DNA of 64,000 nucleotides from Acidobacteriota bacterium (lineage in GTDB: Bacteria > Acidobacteriota > UBA6911 > RPQK01 > JAJDTT01), in the NCBI GenBank assembly GCA_965263035.1, contig OZ253580.1:2880001-2944000 (forward strand), written 5' to 3'. The notes under the pieces were generated by a model, which was given only the letters and a program-made list of their open reading frames with translations, searched no databases and was not told the DNA's origin. The position numbers were made by a program, and so were the translations under genes. How positions within the stretch are numbered: position 1 is the stretch's first letter; each line of letters opens with the position of its first letter. Of this stretch, positions 60,093 to 64,000 are shown in pieces.

Positions 60093-61097
60093 TTGAAGCT
60101 GGACGATTTCGACTACGAACTGCCTCGGCGCCTCATCGCACAACGTCCCCACTCTCCCCGCGACTGATGGTGCTCCGCCGGAAGACCGGCACCTGGGAGC
60201 ACGCCCGGTTCGCCGATCTCCCCGATCTCGTGTCGGAGCGGGATCTCCTGGTGTTGAACGACTCCCGAGTCCTGCCCGCCCGGCTGGCGGCCGTCAAGGA
60301 GACGGGAGGGCAAATCGAGGTGTTGCTGCTGGATGCTCTCGAGAGTCAGGTCTGGCGGGCCCTGCTCAAGCCGGGCCGCCGGGCCCGCGCCGGCGACCTC
60401 CTCACCGTTCTTCCGGAGTTGCTGTCGATTCGTGTGTTGGACGATCCCGGTCCCCCCGTCCGTCAGGTCCGGCTGGAACCCGCCGGGGATTTTCAGGAGG
60501 TCCTGGAGCGAGTGGGACGCCCGCCCCTGCCTCCCTACATCCAGCGGGAGGTCGACTCCCGAGACCGCGAGGCCTATCAGACGGTGTACGCCGCCAAGCC
60601 GGGTTCGGCGGCCGCCCCGACGGCCGGACTCCACTTCACCGAAGCGCTCCTCTCTCGTTTGAACCATTGCAAGATCACATTGCACGTGGGGTACGGGACG
60701 TTCCAACCTATCGTGGCGGATCGAGTCGAGGACCACCGGATGCACTCGGGGTACTACGAGGTCTCGGCGGAATCGGCGCGGAGGGATTCGGCGCCACCGC
60801 CGGGCGGGGGGGCGCGTCATCGCGGTAGGGACCACGTCGACCCGGGTTCTGGGGCAGGTTCACCGCCACCACGGCGACGTGGTGCAGGAGCGGGGATGGA
60901 CCGACCTCTTCGTGAAGTCCGGCTTCGAATTCGGAGTCATCGGCGGCCTCATCACCAACTTTCACCTTCCCGGGACGTCACTCTTGCTCCCGGTGGCGGC
61001 GTTCGCCGGAGGCCGGCTGTTGAAAGAGAGCTACCGAGAGGCCGTCGCTCGCTGCTATCGCTTCTACAGCTACGGCGACGCCATGCTCATTGTCTGA
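60093..61097 (+). pseudogene. queA: SAM:tRNA ribosyltransferase-isomerase with two frameshifts
   Basis: LDDFDYELP..IAQ / LMVL..NDSRVLPAR..AAPTAGLHF..LHVGYGTF / VIAVGTT..TNFHLP..YRFYSYGDAM; frame changes near 60165 and 60783. Confidence 0.88.
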
Positions 61098-61466
61098 GAG
61101 GGAGAAAGAGGAAAAAGAAAAGCTCCCCCACCGGCCGACGCCCGGCGGCGTCAGACGGGAAGTGACGTTGCGTGGACAATTTGTCCGTTCATAGCAAAAT
61201 GAGACCGATTATTTGCTATGGATAGTAAAACTCTCTCATCGGACAGGGTCCGGCGGTATCAGGTGAGAAACAAGGCATCGAGTCGAATTGGCTCAGGCGC
61301 CCTCGGCGAGACCACTCTCCGTTCTGCGACCCGCTACGCGTAAACGGCGCGCCTTTCTTCACTCTTTCTTCTTTTCTCTTTCCTCGTTTCCTCTGTTTCC
61401 AAGAAGAAAGAAGCGGAAACAGAAGAGAGAGGGAAGAGGCTGGGTGACCGTTCTCGCGGTCTCGCC

Positions 61467-62435
61467 TCAGGAAATCAGGGCGAACTCCACGTCGGTGACG
61501 TTCTTCAGGGCGTCTTCCATGTAGGCCTTGATCTTCTTGGTCAATGAGATCTGGTTGAGGCGGATCGCCTCTCGACTCACACCGAAGCGCGTCCCCAGCT
61601 GTTGCAGGGTCTTGGGCTCCTCGGCGATGAGGCGCTCGTTCAGGATGGCCCGCTCCCGTTCGTTCAGCGTTTCGGCGAACTCGCGAAGCTTGTGGGCAAA
61701 AAGCCGTTTCAACTCGCCCCGTGCCAGTGTCTCGTCCACCAGATCCTCGGTGGCCTTGAGCATGTCCAGGTGCCGGATGGTCTGGTTGGGGTCGATATAA
61801 TGGTCCAGGCTCAGGTCAGAGGACTCGATGGCATGCTCCACTGCCCGGACCTCCTCGACGGGCACATCGAGTCTCTTGGCGATCAGCGATGTGGTGGGCT
61901 CGATCCCCTGAAGCCGCAACCGCTCCTTCTCTTTGCGCAGGTTGAAGAGAAGCCTCCGCCGCTGGTTGGTGGTGCCGATCCGGACGATCCGGAAATTGTC
62001 CATGATGAACTTGATGATGTAGGCCTTGATCCACCAGGAGGCGTAGGTGGGCAGGCGGGTTCCCTTGTCGGGATCGAATCGGCCCAGGGCTTGGATCAGA
62101 CCGATGTTCCCTTCCTGGATCAAGTCCATGACGTTGTTGTAGACGCGCCGGTAGATGAGGGCGATCTTGACCACCCGCTTCAGGTTGGAGGTGATCAGGC
62201 GATAGGCGGCCTCCTGATCGCCCCCCTGCTGATAGCGCCGGATCAGTGACCGCTCTTCTTCCACCGTCAGCGGTTCAAACTGGCTGATCTCCAGAAGGTA
62301 GCGCCGGAGAGGGTCCAGGTTGACCAGCTTGGCTTCTTCCCGGGAGGGCAACTTGCTGGTCTTCTCGCCCAGAATGGCCTCGAGGCGTTCGGACTCGAGG
62401 GCTGAGCCGGCCGGCCCCGGAGGCTGGGAATCCAT
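61467..62435 (-). CDS. RNA polymerase sigma factor, RpoH/RpoD family
   Basis: DLIQEGNIGL, FDPDKG.R..TYASWWIKA, TTNQRRRLLFNLR RpoH-box-like, TLQQLG..FGVSRE. Confidence 0.9.
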   Translation of the reverse strand: MDSQPPGPAGSALESERLEAILGEKTSKLPSREEAKLVNLDPLRRYLLEISQFEPLTVEEERSLIRRYQQGGDQEAAYRLITSNLKRVVKIALIYRRVYNNVMDLIQEGNIGLIQALGRFDPDKGTRLPTYASWWIKAYIIKFIMDNFRIVRIGTTNQRRRLLFNLRKEKERLRLQGIEPTTSLIAKRLDVPVEEVRAVEHAIESSDLSLDHYIDPNQTIRHLDMLKATEDLVDETLARGELKRLFAHKLREFAETLNERERAILNERLIAEEPKTLQQLGTRFGVSREAIRLNQISLTKKIKAYMEDALKNVTDVEFALIS

Positions 62436-62448
62436 GGCCGCATCTTAA

Positions 62449-62506
62449 CAGCCCGTGGCAAAAGTCGTCACGGCATTCGACCGTCCCTGCACCGTGCGCG
62501 GACTGC
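62449..62506 (+). repeat. 58-bp dispersed intergenic repeat (copy 2)
   Basis: Starts CAGCCCGTGGCAAAAGTC, identical to the right end of the IS at 39611-39628; preceded by TTAA. Confidence 0.85.
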
Positions 62507-62627
62507 GTTGCTATCGGCTCACATACTCCCGGCATGCTCCCTCCGTTGCGCCTGGTCCGGCGGGCGCAGGAACGGTCTCGGTGCTCGCGGGACTCTCACC
62601 ACGGACGGTTGACAAATCAGGGTTCGG

Positions 62628-63989
62628 CTAAAGGCCAAGGAGTTGGTGGAGCTTTTCCTTGTCGGGGGGCACGTGGACCGGGGGGTTGGCGTAAGTGGAT
62701 TGGATTTTGCCGTGCTTCTCGACGATCCGGTTCTCGTAGGCGGCGTGCTCGTAGAGGTTGTCCAGGTGGTAGTTGACCGTGTACTCGGGGTCCTTGAGTT
62801 GATGTCCGGTCAGAATGGCCACCACGTTCTCGGAGGGGTCGATGGTCACCTCGGGACGCTCCTCGCCGCGGGTGTCCAGCAGGCGCTTGAGACCGGCCAC
62901 CGTGGTGGCCGAGGCGGGTTCGCACCCGATTCCGTCCCGTCCCAGAATCGCCTTGGCGTCGGCGATTTCCTGCTCCGTGACCTTGTCGCACCATCCATCC
63001 GAGAATTGGAGGGCCCGAACCGCCTTCTTCCAGCTGATGGGCTGTCCGATCTTGATGGCGCTGGCCAGGGTCCAGGCGTCGTTGACGGGCACCAGTTCCT
63101 GCGAACTGGTCACCAGGGTCCGATAGAGAGGGTCGGCGCCCTCGGCCTGGATGATCGTGATTCTGGGAATCTTGTCGATCATTCCCAACTCTTTCAACTC
63201 CAGCAGGACCTTCCCGTAGGAGGAGCTGTTTCCCAGATTGCCGCCGGGAACCACGATCCGATCCGGACTCTTCCAGTCCAGTTGATCCATCAACTCCAGC
63301 ATCACCGTCTTCTGGCCCTCCAGACGGAATGGGTTGATGGAGTTCATCAGGTACAGGTCGGTCTCGGCGGCCAATTCCTGAACCAGCTTCATGGCCACGT
63401 CGAAGCTGCCCTGGATCTGGAGAGTCAAGGCGCCGTAGTCCAAGGCTTGGGCCAGCTTGCCGAATGCAATCTGGCCTTCTGGAATGAAGACGACGGGCCG
63501 CAGGCCGGCGCGGGCGCAATAGGCGGCCATGGAGGCCGACGTGTTCCCGGTTGAAGCGCAGGCCACGACCTGGGCGTCGAGCCGGATCGCCTGGGAGACG
63601 GCCGTGGTCATGCCGTAGTCCTTGAACGAGCCGCTGGGGTTCCAGCCCAGGTGCTTCACCTGGAGCCGATCCAGGCCCACGTATTCGGCGCACCGAGGGG
63701 CGTCCAGGATGGGCGTGTTCCCCTCGCCCATAGTCACCACCCGGTCCAGGTCTCCGGCTTCGAAGGGAAGCAGTTCTCGATATCGCCACACCCCGCTCAC
63801 GTCGAGGGGGCGATTCGAGAGACGCCTCCGCGAAAAGCTCTCCTTGAGGGAGTCCACGTCGGTCCGGCTGAAGTCGTAGACGATGTCCAGCAGGTCCTGG
63901 CAACGGGGACACTGGTAGAGCTTGTTTTGGATCGGAAACTCCCGGAGGCAGGAGTCATTGATGCAGCGGAAGCGAAACCACTTGGTCAT
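62628..63989 (-). CDS. thrC: Threonine synthase
   Basis: NPSGSFKDYG PLP lysine, CASTGNTSAS, NSINPFRLEGQKT, VPGGNLGN, LTGHQLKDP. Confidence 0.93.
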   Translation of the reverse strand: MTKWFRFRCINDSCLREFPIQNKLYQCPRCQDLLDIVYDFSRTDVDSLKESFSRRRLSNRPLDVSGVWRYRELLPFEAGDLDRVVTMGEGNTPILDAPRCAEYVGLDRLQVKHLGWNPSGSFKDYGMTTAVSQAIRLDAQVVACASTGNTSASMAAYCARAGLRPVVFIPEGQIAFGKLAQALDYGALTLQIQGSFDVAMKLVQELAAETDLYLMNSINPFRLEGQKTVMLELMDQLDWKSPDRIVVPGGNLGNSSSYGKVLLELKELGMIDKIPRITIIQAEGADPLYRTLVTSSQELVPVNDAWTLASAIKIGQPISWKKAVRALQFSDGWCDKVTEQEIADAKAILGRDGIGCEPASATTVAGLKRLLDTRGEERPEVTIDPSENVVAILTGHQLKDPEYTVNYHLDNLYEHAAYENRIVEKHGKIQSTYANPPVHVPPDKEKLHQLLGL

Positions 63990-64000
63990 TCGGCCAAAAG

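Noticed and set aside
2068-63912. Many long overlapping ORFs in the track (e.g. 2068-3084, 7226-8659, 13909-15267, 16668-17921, 41068-42171, 53135-54307, 56510-58003, 62617-63912)
   Set aside because: Antisense or off-frame shadows of well-supported genes in GC-rich DNA, with no motifs.

Overview
GC-rich bacterial chromosome segment; gene content suggests Acidobacteriota, which is an inference. Positions 1-19 kb and 51.8-64 kb are housekeeping backbone: rpsU, hpt, acs, pncB, purB/E/D, mtaB, acpS, serS, pyrE, a ClpX-like ATPase, frameshifted queA, a sigma factor and thrC. Many backbone genes have a -10 box only 6-9 nt before the start codon. A ~32.6 kb genomic island lies between tRNA-Ser(TGA) (19049-19138) and a 14-bp copy of its 3' end (51771-51784). 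It has a P4-type integrase and AlpA at one end and a decayed portal-like gene at the other. Its cargo includes a Type ISP R-M enzyme, a broken HsdR, Fic, HEPN-like and vWA proteins, IS630, a deleted IS1182-like element, a second tyrosine recombinase with three related core sites, an atypical tRNA-Leu(TAA), and a putative replicon with a two-state RNA leader. The most unusual signal is inside a ~6 kb IS1595-family element bounded by 26-bp inverted repeats (27203-33185). Unrelated passenger genes there are each followed, on their own coding strand, by an 18-bp motif (about TCAAATTAGGRCACTACC). One such unit is bracketed by a 21-bp direct repeat. This suggests a gene-cassette capture system that is neither an integron nor CRISPR. 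All alignments were done by eye and no database searches were run.
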